Positions 1-8,464 of a DNA stretch of 64,000 nucleotides are shown here, in pieces (the first letter of the stretch is position 1; every line of letters begins with the position of its first letter). This DNA comes from an uncultured virus (IMG/VR IMGVR_UViG_3300010283_000223) (lineage: Duplodnaviria > Heunggongvirae > Uroviricota > Caudoviricetes), in the IMG/VR virus record IMGVR_UViG_3300010283_000223; one strand, written 5' to 3'. The position numbers were made by a program, and so were the translations under genes. The notes under the pieces were generated by a model. It ran no database searches. It was given only the letters and a program-made list of their open reading frames with translations, and was not told the DNA's origin.

Positions 1-120
1 AGGCTATGGCCAGCCTACTTAATAAGGCTGACCAACGCTTTGCAACTTTGTCCAATTTGGACATGCAACAATGTCCAAAAATGTTTTGCAACTTTGTCCA
101 AAAAAGGCTTGCAAAAAACA
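1..120. mobile_element. Probable end of an insertion sequence (IS21-like multi-repeat terminus)
   Basis: TGCAAC(TT/AA)TGTCCAA at 41, 64 and 87 and a partial copy at 110 (23-bp period), ending in ...AACA at 120; abuts a 5'-truncated gene. Confidence 0.55.
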
Positions 121-121
121 T

Positions 122-427
122 ATGTATGGACTGAAAATTGATGAAATAGATGGAGAAGTAGTATTACGTCTGGATAAGTCCGACTATTCCACCTATTCCT
201 CAATAGAAAAAATGCTCCGTGCATGGCTCTCCGAATCTAAAAAGCTGGAGAATGGCGAAAGCACCAAAGAGGAATATGATAACTGGCGTTACAAATATCC
301 GGAACTGGATACACACCAAGTCTGGGCTAAGGTTCCTTCACAGGAAATCAGCGATATGCTTCTCGCCGGATTAAAAGAAATAGAAAAAGAAGAAAAGAAA
401 GAAACGAAACGCAAAAAGAAAAAATAA
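122..427 (+). pseudogene. 3' part of a mobile-element HTH regulator-like gene, 5' end replaced by the IS end
   Basis: Plausible protein sequence from MYGLKIDEIDG onward; the upstream part of ORF 71..427 is translated repeat DNA with no RBS. Confidence 0.5.
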
Positions 428-491
428 GCATGAAAAAACCTTACCAATTTTCAATTGTCATATTTGAAAATCAGTAAGGTTTTCTTATGCT
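427..491. terminator. Long imperfect inverted repeat, probable terminator
   Basis: AGCAT..AAAACCTTAC..TTTTCAA / TTGAAAA..GTAAGGTTTT..ATGCT between convergent genes. Confidence 0.5.
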
Positions 492-671
492 CATAAAGTA
501 ATCGTATTCATTGAATAAGCAAAACTATTGCCATATCGTTGTCAACACTTAAGCAAATTTATTTAATATTTGTATTGATATCTGCTTCTTATGCCCTATA
601 TTGCAATAAGTAATTATGTTTTATTAACATAGTCCAACAAATAAAAAATTAAACAATATTGGAGAAAGCTT

Positions 672-2288
672 CTAATCTAGCAACTCCCATTTACTATTTA
701 TGTACTCTATTAGTAAATTTGCAACATTTTGTTTATTTTCCTTTGCTATCTGAAGATTCTTTTTTGATGTATATACATAGAAAATTTGTGTATCATGCAT
801 ACTATCTTTCGCAGTATTCACAGATTTTTCTTTCCCATGCATCGCTTCCATAAATGTTGTCTTTTCCTTTTCATCAAAAACAATATATATAGGATTCTCT
901 TCCATTTTCTTTCTATTACTTACAAATGCACTTTCCCTTGTAATTGCAAAATCAAAATCAAAACCATTCTCAATTGCAAATTCATTGAAGAAATTTACAA
1001 GGTAAATAGGTCTCGTATATTTATCCTGCTTTTCTTTGTTTTCCTTTGTTTTTTCATCATTCAGTCTTTGCAATTCCTCTTCATTCATAAAGAACAATCC
1101 AAAGTCTTTCAAACTACCTCTTAAAACATCTAACATATTTTCAAGTTTTTTAGGAGCAATACACTCTTTTACTTTCAGAATATACTCCGCTTCGCTCTTC
1201 CACAAAGGCTTAAAACGCATATCTCTAGCAAAATAGTGCTCTCCTACGATACTTTCATCGTCATTTTTTAAAAACGCTATTATATCATCATCACATAAAA
1301 GACGAAGTTTTACATTATCCTCTTTGGGAAATCCCTCTTTTGAAATAGCCATCTTATTAAAAACATTTCCATATTTTTTCAGATTTTCATATTTTCCCAT
1401 CATAAATCTGTTATAACGAATAATAGCGTGTTCTACAAGCTTACAATCATATAATACAGTAGGATTACTTTGTATCCAACGTCGTTCTAGATCATTTGCA
1501 TAAGTTATGTTTTCGATTATACTTAAAGACCCCTTTTTAAAAGCCAATTTAAAAATTTCACCACTAGTTTTTGTCTTTATTGTAGTTATCACATAACCTG
1601 CTATAAGGCGTTCATAATCAATCTTCATAGTGGAATATCCCGTTACATATGCATCTCTCATCAGATAATCCAACTTGTCAACATCTATTAAACTTCCATT
1701 CAAAATGTTTATCAGACAATTTCGTAATTGATATTTTATTTCCTTAGAAGAATATTCAATCCCCATTATAGCTCTGGCAAAAAATTCTTTTTCAAAATTA
1801 AAACCCATTTTTTTCAGAAGGTTTATTCCAATTATAGCACTCATCGCCTCATGAGGTTTACCTGTGCCTTTATCCATAACATCATTATCAAAAGTCGGCG
1901 ACTGTATTAAATCCTGAAATTCTTTTTCAAATATTGTGCTTGCATTATAAAAATCTTCTCCAGTGTGTGAAAAAGGAGAGTGCCCTACATCATGGAGCAA
2001 GCAACTCAAAATGAAAGTTTCTCTTATTTCATCCCAATCATATACGTTATCAAAATCCTCTCCTAGCTTATTTCCTATATTGGATCGCAAATAATCTATA
2101 GCTTTCTTTCCCAAGTGAAATACACCTAATGAATGAACAAATCGATTGTGGAGTGCACTTGGATATAATGATGCATAGCCTGTTTGCCGTATATTTCTCA
2201 ACCTTTGAAATTCTGCCGAATTGATAATCGGAATATAACATGACTTGACTTCTACATATCCATAAACTGGATCCTTAAATTGCTTCAT
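672..2288 (-). CDS. HD-superfamily phosphohydrolase (SAMHD1/dNTP triphosphohydrolase-like)
   Basis: Motifs DPVYG, FQRLRNIRQ, HNRFVHSLGV, LLHDVGHSPFSH, DVDKLDYLMRD. Confidence 0.9.
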   Translation of the reverse strand: MKQFKDPVYGYVEVKSCYIPIINSAEFQRLRNIRQTGYASLYPSALHNRFVHSLGVFHLGKKAIDYLRSNIGNKLGEDFDNVYDWDEIRETFILSCLLHDVGHSPFSHTGEDFYNASTIFEKEFQDLIQSPTFDNDVMDKGTGKPHEAMSAIIGINLLKKMGFNFEKEFFARAIMGIEYSSKEIKYQLRNCLINILNGSLIDVDKLDYLMRDAYVTGYSTMKIDYERLIAGYVITTIKTKTSGEIFKLAFKKGSLSIIENITYANDLERRWIQSNPTVLYDCKLVEHAIIRYNRFMMGKYENLKKYGNVFNKMAISKEGFPKEDNVKLRLLCDDDIIAFLKNDDESIVGEHYFARDMRFKPLWKSEAEYILKVKECIAPKKLENMLDVLRGSLKDFGLFFMNEEELQRLNDEKTKENKEKQDKYTRPIYLVNFFNEFAIENGFDFDFAITRESAFVSNRKKMEENPIYIVFDEKEKTTFMEAMHGKEKSVNTAKDSMHDTQIFYVYTSKKNLQIAKENKQNVANLLIEYINSKWELLD

Positions 2289-2318
2289 CTTTCTGCATTC
2301 CCCTTTTTATTTCTTGTC

Positions 2319-2666
2319 CTATGCAGCAATTTCCTTTATTGCTTCATCCAATAACTTCATAATATCGTCCGGCAAATATTTAATGAATTTCACATTCAAG
2401 TCATCTACATTTTTGTTCTTATTTATTTTAATTCCAATAAGCTTATTATCTTCATCATATATACACTGAAAATAATCAGAATAATCATAAATAGCAGAAT
2501 ATACTTCCTCCCGTGACGTCAGGAACACTGCACCAACCCCTTCCTCAATAGAAAGCCTTCTAACACAAATCCCCAATCGATTAAGTTCGACAGTTGAAAT
2601 CTCTTGCTCATGTTTCTCAATCAACATTCTTGCTATAAGATATTCTGCTCCTACAAATTCTGTCAT
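2319..2666 (-). CDS. Hypothetical protein, operonic with the HD hydrolase
   Basis: 115 aa ORF, AAGGAG RBS, 30 bp upstream of the HD gene. Confidence 0.75.
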   Translation of the reverse strand: MTEFVGAEYLIARMLIEKHEQEISTVELNRLGICVRRLSIEEGVGAVFLTSREEVYSAIYDYSDYFQCIYDEDNKLIGIKINKNKNVDDLNVKFIKYLPDDIMKLLDEAIKEIAA

Positions 2667-3056
2667 TTTTCATTCTCCTTTTTCTCTTTTATGCTTAATA
2701 TATGCATCTATCTATTAATATGTCATTTATGTGTATTTCCATACTACCATAAAACACAAATTTGCACCACACTTTTAATATTCTCTTTGCGAAAACACAT
2801 TATGTCTAACTTTTGTAAACTACATAGTTTATCCTTTATCCATATAAATATTAAGGAATCTAAACCGCATATCTGTTGTGACATTCATCAAATGGAAATT
2901 CAAGTATTTACGTTTGACTCATTGCTCACACAAATCCGTAGGTTTTTACTATGTTTTTGAAATAAATTCATTCTTTGAATAAGGAAAATCTGTTGCCAAT
3001 ACTTAAACAAATTTGCTTAGAAGTCGCATAAATACTAGTTTTTTTGACACTACTCC

Positions 3057-3071
3057 TTATTCAAACTCAAT
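3057..3071 (-). other. Candidate prophage att core (copy of a guaA-like 3' end)
   Basis: Minus strand ATTGAGTTTGAATAA = I-E-F-E-stop, matching the guaA C-terminus (..ATIE[F/W]E*), in non-coding DNA just beyond the last phage gene. Confidence 0.6.
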
Positions 3072-3146
3072 TTGTCTCAGGCGTTTTTATGAACTAACAC
3101 GACAAATTAACATATATTATAAACGCATACAACGCCTAAAATCAAC

Positions 3147-3374
3147 CTAGACTTTTTCTCTGGGTGTCATTTGGGTGTCAGGCAAAATTTCAATTACATC
3201 CGAAACATGCACACCCAAAACCTGGCATATCTTGTCTATATGTTTCATTTCTACATACTGTCCTTTGTTCATTCTTGACAATGTACCATTGCTGAATCCA
3301 ACCATGTCTCGTAGTGTTGTCTTGTTAATCTCTTTTTCGATAAGAGTCTTCCATAGCGGTTTATAAGATATCAT
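3147..3374 (-). CDS. Cro/C1-type HTH regulator (YozG/HTH_26-like)
   Basis: ISYKPLWKTL...IDKICQVL pattern. Confidence 0.8.
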   Translation of the reverse strand: MISYKPLWKTLIEKEINKTTLRDMVGFSNGTLSRMNKGQYVEMKHIDKICQVLGVHVSDVIEILPDTQMTPREKV

Positions 3375-3393
3375 GATACAAAAGCCTCCATTC

Positions 3394-3708
3394 CTAATTC
3401 AATATCCTCTCTGTTGTGTGTTTGCTGTCAAAATAAATTTCGCCCCTATAAAGTGCTTTCAAAACCTCCCTGTCGAAAAGTTTTTCTTTTTCTGGGCCTC
3501 CAATATCTAAAATATCAATTTGTTGTATTTCAATAGGAGAAGCATTTGCTGCCGTTCTAAATTTGATAGTATCGGTACCTATCTCATCAATTAGTGCATG
3601 TGCCCATTTTGTTTCATCTGCATCTCTAAAATGTATCAAGTATATGCATTTTTCAAATATTTCATTTCCTGCTATTACAGCATTCTTTCTATCAACATCT
3701 AAAACCAT
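3394..3708 (-). CDS. Hypothetical protein
   Basis: 104 aa ORF with GGAGG RBS. Confidence 0.7.
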   Translation of the reverse strand: MVLDVDRKNAVIAGNEIFEKCIYLIHFRDADETKWAHALIDEIGTDTIKFRTAANASPIEIQQIDILDIGGPEKEKLFDREVLKALYRGEIYFDSKHTTERILN

Positions 3709-3746
3709 AGTTACCTCCCCATATAATAGATTTTTGATATATTCAT

Positions 3747-3855
3747 ATTATAAATACATATGTTCCATAAGTCAATACTTTTATTCTAACTTGTTAGAAC
3801 TTTTTTTCATAATTTTAGATAAAACTATTGACTGTGGCTCTGCATATGGTAATAT
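3747..3855. promoter_or_regulatory. Divergent sigma70-type promoters with a palindromic operator
   Basis: Minus TTGACT(3775-3770)-17-TATAAT(3752-3747); plus TTGACT(3828)-16-TAATAT(3850) with extended TG; palindrome TTCTAACTTGTTAGAA at 3784-3799. Confidence 0.65.
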
Positions 3856-3925
3856 ATAAATAGCAACAGATAAGAATAAAAATACAACACGTTAGAACAT
3901 TTCTTTATGAAAATGGAGGTACAAT

Positions 3926-4849
3926 ATGATTAAGAACCAGAAGTTTGGAGTTGAAGTTGAAATGACAGGTATTACAAGAAAGAAAGCAGCTGACATCGTT
4001 GCAGAAGTGCTTGGAACAACCGCATCCCGTCCAGATTCGACTTGCTATCACACTCGCACAATTATTGATCAGGCCGCTCGCAAATGGAAAGTGATGAGAG
4101 ATTCTTCCATAACACCTGTAATAAATGATGGTACCGCAGATAGCCTCGATGAATATAGGGTAGAATTTGTGACACCTCCTTTGAATTATTCCGATATTGA
4201 ATTACTTCAGAGAATAATCAGGAGGCTGAAAGAAGGTGGAGCAAAAGCTCACCGTAGCTGTGGGATACACATTCATGTTGACGGAGCGAACCACAATCCG
4301 AAATCCCTTCGCAGGCTAGTAAATTTCATGACATCAAGACAGGATCTTATATACGAGGCTCTTGAAATCGGAGATAGAGAATCCAGTTGGTGTCATAAGC
4401 TAAACTCCAATCTGCTTATTGCCATGAAAAAAGACAAGGATATCACTAAGGAAAAGGCAGAAGAAATCTGGTACAGCAGAGCAAATGATGGTTACTGTGG
4501 AGGCATTGATCATCAACATTATAATACAACCAGATATCACGGCGTTAATCTTCACAGCTACTTTACGAAGGGAACTGTAGAATTCAGGCTTTTCAATAGC
4601 ACTCTTCACGCTGGAAAAATCAAAGCTTATATTCAATTTTGCTTGGCCGTTTCGGCGTGGTCCATCACATCGCAGGAAAAAATTTCTTTTCGTTCCATGG
4701 CTGGATATACGCCCGAACAGAAAGTAACTATTATGAGGAATATACTTACTCAGCGCCTTGGTCTATATGGAGATGAATTCAAAACCTGTAGGCTTCACAT
4801 CATGGCACCATTAAAAAGAGCAGCCGGTATGACCAGTAGAGCCGCATAA
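3926..4849 (+). CDS. Putative amidoligase (COOH-NH2 ligase type 2)
   Basis: FGVEVE, VEFVTPPL, SCGIHIHV, TVEFRLFN motifs. Confidence 0.85.
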   Translation: MIKNQKFGVEVEMTGITRKKAADIVAEVLGTTASRPDSTCYHTRTIIDQAARKWKVMRDSSITPVINDGTADSLDEYRVEFVTPPLNYSDIELLQRIIRRLKEGGAKAHRSCGIHIHVDGANHNPKSLRRLVNFMTSRQDLIYEALEIGDRESSWCHKLNSNLLIAMKKDKDITKEKAEEIWYSRANDGYCGGIDHQHYNTTRYHGVNLHSYFTKGTVEFRLFNSTLHAGKIKAYIQFCLAVSAWSITSQEKISFRSMAGYTPEQKVTIMRNILTQRLGLYGDEFKTCRLHIMAPLKRAAGMTSRAA

Positions 4850-4883
4850 ATAAACACGCTGCCCTATCGGCCATACGGGGAGA

Positions 4884-5339
4884 TTGGAGATAATAATTAT
4901 GCTTTATGTTGCTTATGGAAGTAATCTTAATTTGGCTCAAATGAGCTATCGTTGTCCTAATGCTAAAATATACGCTACCGGATTTTTGGAGGACTGGAAG
5001 CTGATATTTAGGGGTTCCACAAATAACTCACACGCCACAATAACGGAAAGTTCTGGTTCTATAGTTCCTGTCCTTGTATGGGAGATAACTAGATTAGATG
5101 AGAAACGGCTTGACATATATGAAGGTTTTCCCCAATATTACGAAAAGCAACTCTTAGCCGTGCGCACAAAGGAATCTTCTGTTATCGCAATGGTTTATAT
5201 TATGAATAAAAAATATCTTGCAGGATTACCCTCAGAATTTTATATAGATACTATCAAGAAAGGGTATGAGGATAATAATTTTGATTTGAAATATCTTTAT
5301 GACGCTTTAGAGGAGAACAGGTATGAATTATTGAATTGA
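4884..5339 (+). CDS. Gamma-glutamylcyclotransferase (AIG2-like)
   Basis: YVAYGSNL and LDIYEGFP motifs. Confidence 0.85.
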   Translation: MEIIIMLYVAYGSNLNLAQMSYRCPNAKIYATGFLEDWKLIFRGSTNNSHATITESSGSIVPVLVWEITRLDEKRLDIYEGFPQYYEKQLLAVRTKESSVIAMVYIMNKKYLAGLPSEFYIDTIKKGYEDNNFDLKYLYDALEENRYELLN

Positions 5340-5342
5340 TAT

Positions 5343-5381
5343 AAAAAAAGACGTTCCTTTTGCATTTCAGAACGTCTTTTT
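5343..5381. terminator. Bidirectional intrinsic terminator
   Basis: AAAAAGACGTTC...GAACGTCTTTTT between convergent genes. Confidence 0.75.
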
Positions 5382-5403
5382 CTACATAAATAGTGTTGCA
5401 GCG

Positions 5404-5661
5404 CTATTTATGAGACGAAATCAAGGAACCGTTCTTGGTATGTATGACCTTTGGATGCTCATCCGGTACCCTAACAATTAACTCATCGAGATCGCACTCG
5501 AGTGCCTCGTATATGAGGTCCAGGTGCTCCAGATTCACCCTGTCAACGAGCTCATGGTACAATTCGTTAATTGTGTTTGGTCTTATCCCGGTGGCTCTCG
5601 CAAGATCCGCTTGTGTCCACCTAATTTCGCCGAGCCTTGTAGATAGTAAAATCCTTATCAT
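5404..5661 (-). CDS. HTH_26/XRE family regulator
   Basis: WTQADLARATGIRPNTINELY HTH. Confidence 0.85.
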   Translation of the reverse strand: MIRILLSTRLGEIRWTQADLARATGIRPNTINELYHELVDRVNLEHLDLIYEALECDLDELIVRVPDEHPKVIHTKNGSLISSHK

Positions 5662-5765
5662 ACGTCATTGCTCCTTCACGCTATAAAATAACATTTTTCG
5701 ACACTTTCATGTGTCTTTTGTTATTTTATAGCGTATTTAGTTATAACCATTCGGAGCAATCAGTA

Positions 5766-6608
5766 TTAAATAATAAGTTTATCCCAGGTCTTGGAACCGA
5801 CCACACCATCAACCTGTAGGTCGTGATCTGCCTGATATGCTTTGACTGCCTCGTAGGTTTTATCACCAAAGATACCATCTACCAAAACCGTATATCCTTT
5901 GTCACTAAGCAGAGTCTGCAGTTCTCTGACCTCTTCTCCCCGGTTTCCTCTTCGGAGTACCGGTTTGTCCTTCATAAGGACCGGATTTGCCTTGGCATAC
6001 TTGTCCCATGCCGCAGGTGTCATATATGCTATGTCCAAATCAAGATCTCCCCCATACCCGGGAAGCTGCCCCTTGGAGGAGTACTGATGAATTGCATACC
6101 CTTTGAATGCTCCAAGACCTTTGCTATCCGTCCACGGCTTATCCTGATAGCTTGTGGGCTTCTTATTGGCGTACTGTGCCATCCACAATCCATAGTTCCC
6201 ATTCACTACTTCTGTCCAGTTATATTCTCGGCAGGAGGACTTGCTCATGTAAATAAGTGGTCTTACGCCTGTTACTTCATAAACACGATCAAGAAATTCC
6301 TTTGCATAGGAAACACCTTTCTTGAGTGCATCCGCTTCCCAATCAAGAACAAGGATTGCTTCTCCAATATACCCTTTTACATTTTTAATAAAATGATCCG
6401 CTTCTGCTGTTCCGCTACTCTTTCCATCTGCAAAGTGATATACGCCAAGTTTCCTTCCGGCTTCCTTTGCTGTCTGATAGAATTTATTACAGCACGGGTC
6501 CACAAATTTGGTTCCCTGCGTTGCTTTGATAATTACAAAATCACAGCCCACAGTTGCCAGGTTTATTCCCTGTTGCCAATGGGATATATCAATTCCTCTC
6601 ATGCTCAT
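5766..6608 (-). CDS. Endolysin: GH25 muramidase + C-terminal peptidoglycan-binding domain
   Basis: GIDISHWQ, IKATQG, LDWE, LDLD; C-terminal VDGIFG/VDGVVG..TW. Confidence 0.92.
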   Translation of the reverse strand: MSMRGIDISHWQQGINLATVGCDFVIIKATQGTKFVDPCCNKFYQTAKEAGRKLGVYHFADGKSSGTAEADHFIKNVKGYIGEAILVLDWEADALKKGVSYAKEFLDRVYEVTGVRPLIYMSKSSCREYNWTEVVNGNYGLWMAQYANKKPTSYQDKPWTDSKGLGAFKGYAIHQYSSKGQLPGYGGDLDLDIAYMTPAAWDKYAKANPVLMKDKPVLRRGNRGEEVRELQTLLSDKGYTVLVDGIFGDKTYEAVKAYQADHDLQVDGVVGSKTWDKLII

Positions 6609-6719
6609 ACTAAATCCTCCTTCACTGTTAACATATCTGCGCTTGTGTTGTCATAGCCTATCCTTCCATACACTGGCTTGCGCGGTAAATTGCTACACAA
6701 GCCAGTAGAAATAGAGTTA

Positions 6720-7085
6720 TCATGCCTGCTCCTTTTCCACAAACTCTTTAGCAGCCTTATTACTTTCGAGCATCTTTTTCATCTGCTCTAATGCGCCATC
6801 TACCATCTTGGAAAAGCGTTCAAAACTAATCATCTTTGCAAGCCACGGGAAAGTCCGTACAAACCAGTCATATACATATCTCAACTTCAATGCACCGGTT
6901 CCACCGCCCAGTTTCTTTTCTGCTACAGTAACCGCATAAAGCAGCCACTCTTCAAGCTTCTTAATCTGCTTTTCTGTTGGCAGTCCCGCAAATTTGTATA
7001 CTGCTACTCCTGCACAACTCAATACTGCTGCGAATGCAATAATGAGAAACCAATTTTCTGTTACCCAATTCATAAATGTATTCAT
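6720..7085 (-). CDS. Probable holin (LL-H-like)
   Basis: N-terminal transmembrane helix, AEK..GTGALK motif, directly upstream of the endolysin. Confidence 0.65.
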   Translation of the reverse strand: MNTFMNWVTENWFLIIAFAAVLSCAGVAVYKFAGLPTEKQIKKLEEWLLYAVTVAEKKLGGGTGALKLRYVYDWFVRTFPWLAKMISFERFSKMVDGALEQMKKMLESNKAAKEFVEKEQA

Positions 7086-7363
7086 AATTCAATTTCCTCC
7101 AATTCTTTTATTTTTGATTGATCTTTGTGTTTCCGACAATTCTCGGTCTTTGCTTTCCAGATGATAAATCCTGTGTGTATGCTTAGTTCGCCCCATACCA
7201 CGGGCAATCCTGCGCTCACGATGGACATGTCTGCAATATTGAGCCATTCTTCACCGCTTAACGCTGTGAGGGCAAAACATGCCCATGTAAAGATCCAGGC
7301 AAACCGTAGATTGTAAAAATACAGTTTGTCCGTAAAACCTCTTTTTAAGAGCAGTTTTTCCAC
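7082..7363 (-). CDS. Membrane protein of the lysis cassette
   Basis: Two hydrophobic segments; likely GTG start at 7363 after AGGAGG. Confidence 0.6.
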   Translation of the reverse strand: MEKLLLKRGFTDKLYFYNLRFAWIFTWACFALTALSGEEWLNIADMSIVSAGLPVVWGELSIHTGFIIWKAKTENCRKHKDQSKIKELEEIEL

Positions 7364-7374
7364 ATGAGCACCTC

Positions 7375-7677
7375 CTACATTAAACCTATAATGGCTGATA
7401 AAATTGCAGTGATAACCCCGCTCGTTATTGCTGTGATGGCCACCGTTTGAAGTGTACCCCATTTTTTCCCTGGAGCTGATTCAAGGCGTTCTACTTTTTC
7501 CGTAAGATTGTCAACCTTTTCTCCCGTACTTTTGCTTTCCTGTGCCAACAGTTGAACAGAACCGGACAGATTTCTAATTTCCTCAATAAGATTTTCTGCC
7601 TTTTCCATGCGGTGTTCCAAAGAACCGATACGATGTTTATGATCTGATAGTGCCTCTGCAAGTTTCACGTCATCCAT
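7375..7677 (-). CDS. XhlA-like coiled-coil/C-terminal TM lysis protein
   Basis: Coiled coil followed by hydrophobic C-terminus. Confidence 0.6.
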   Translation of the reverse strand: MDDVKLAEALSDHKHRIGSLEHRMEKAENLIEEIRNLSGSVQLLAQESKSTGEKVDNLTEKVERLESAPGKKWGTLQTVAITAITSGVITAILSAIIGLM

Positions 7678-7694
7678 GTTTCTTCCTCCCTTCG

Positions 7695-7728
7695 CAACAA
7701 AATAGGCATCGGTTATTGACCGATGCCT
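7695..7728 (-). terminator. Intrinsic terminator-like hairpin
   Basis: AGGCATCGGT-5nt-ACCGATGCCT, followed by ATTTTGTT on the minus strand. Confidence 0.55.
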
Positions 7729-7737
7729 CGACTTATT

Positions 7738-7896
7738 CTATGAATTTTCTTTTTCTAACCTATTCAGAAGTTCCTCCTCCTGTTCTACGCTTCGATATTG
7801 CGATAGTTCCTCCAATATAACACGGATTAAGCTGGATAGCTGAGATATAATCTCTGCTTGTTTTTCGCAAATTTGCAAAATATTATTACTCCTCAT
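7738..7896 (-). CDS. Small coiled-coil hypothetical protein (52 aa, below the ORF track cutoff)
   Basis: Translated by hand: MRSNNILQICEKQAEIISQLSSLIRVILEELSQYRSVEQEEELLNRLEKENS. Confidence 0.55.
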   Translation of the reverse strand: MRSNNILQICEKQAEIISQLSSLIRVILEELSQYRSVEQEEELLNRLEKENS

Positions 7897-8065
7897 TATA
7901 TGGTTCTCCTGTTATCTCTGTGTACTCTTCCTCTGTAATCCAAGGATTTCCTTCCGGATGTGTTACCGCATCCCTAACTTTTCTTTTATCCCATAATTTA
8001 CGATCATAAAATCTTTTTACTTTTTCGTAATTAGGGCTATGCTCTGCAACTCGTTTCTTTGCCAT
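7886..8065 (-). CDS. xkdX: XkdX family protein (59 aa, below the ORF track cutoff)
   Basis: Translated by hand: ...YEKVKRFYDRKLW...WITEEEYTEITGEPY. Confidence 0.85.
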   Translation of the reverse strand: MAKKRVAEHSPNYEKVKRFYDRKLWDKRKVRDAVTHPEGNPWITEEEYTEITGEPYNEE

Positions 8066-8077
8066 TTTTGTCCCTCC

Positions 8078-8464
8078 TTATAAATTTACATCTGTCATCA
8101 TAGCCAAGTATTCAAGATTGGCCGTATTCAAAGCTGCTATGGTGGTAAGTGTTGTGTTGTCTGCCGGATATGGATCTTCATTCTCCACAATTTTGCATGT
8201 TTCCCAGTCATATTTGTATCTCAACGGAACCACGCCTTCCGGAAGTTCATCAACCGCACTCTCCTTCGCAATATCATCATACGAAGGGCGGAACTGGGTG
8301 CCAATCTTGGGATATATCGTTTCATTATCTGAACCGATGTATCCCTGTGCATCATGCTGGTGGCACAGAACTACCAAGTTATTCTTATTCTTTTTTACAT
8401 AGCGCACTTCATCTACTATGTCAATGATCACATCAGACTTGTTAAGTAGCAAAAATTTGCTCAT
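8078..8464 (-). CDS. Hypothetical tail-associated protein
   Basis: C-terminal ANLEYLAMMTDVNL, typical of genes preceding XkdX. Confidence 0.7.
   Translation of the reverse strand: MSKFLLLNKSDVIIDIVDEVRYVKKNKNNLVVLCHQHDAQGYIGSDNETIYPKIGTQFRPSYDDIAKESAVDELPEGVVPLRYKYDWETCKIVENEDPYPADNTTLTTIAALNTANLEYLAMMTDVNL

Noticed and set aside
41..120. Short repeats as a CRISPR array
   Set aside because: 23-bp period leaves only ~8-bp gaps; no spacers or cas genes; no CRISPR array was seen anywhere in the window
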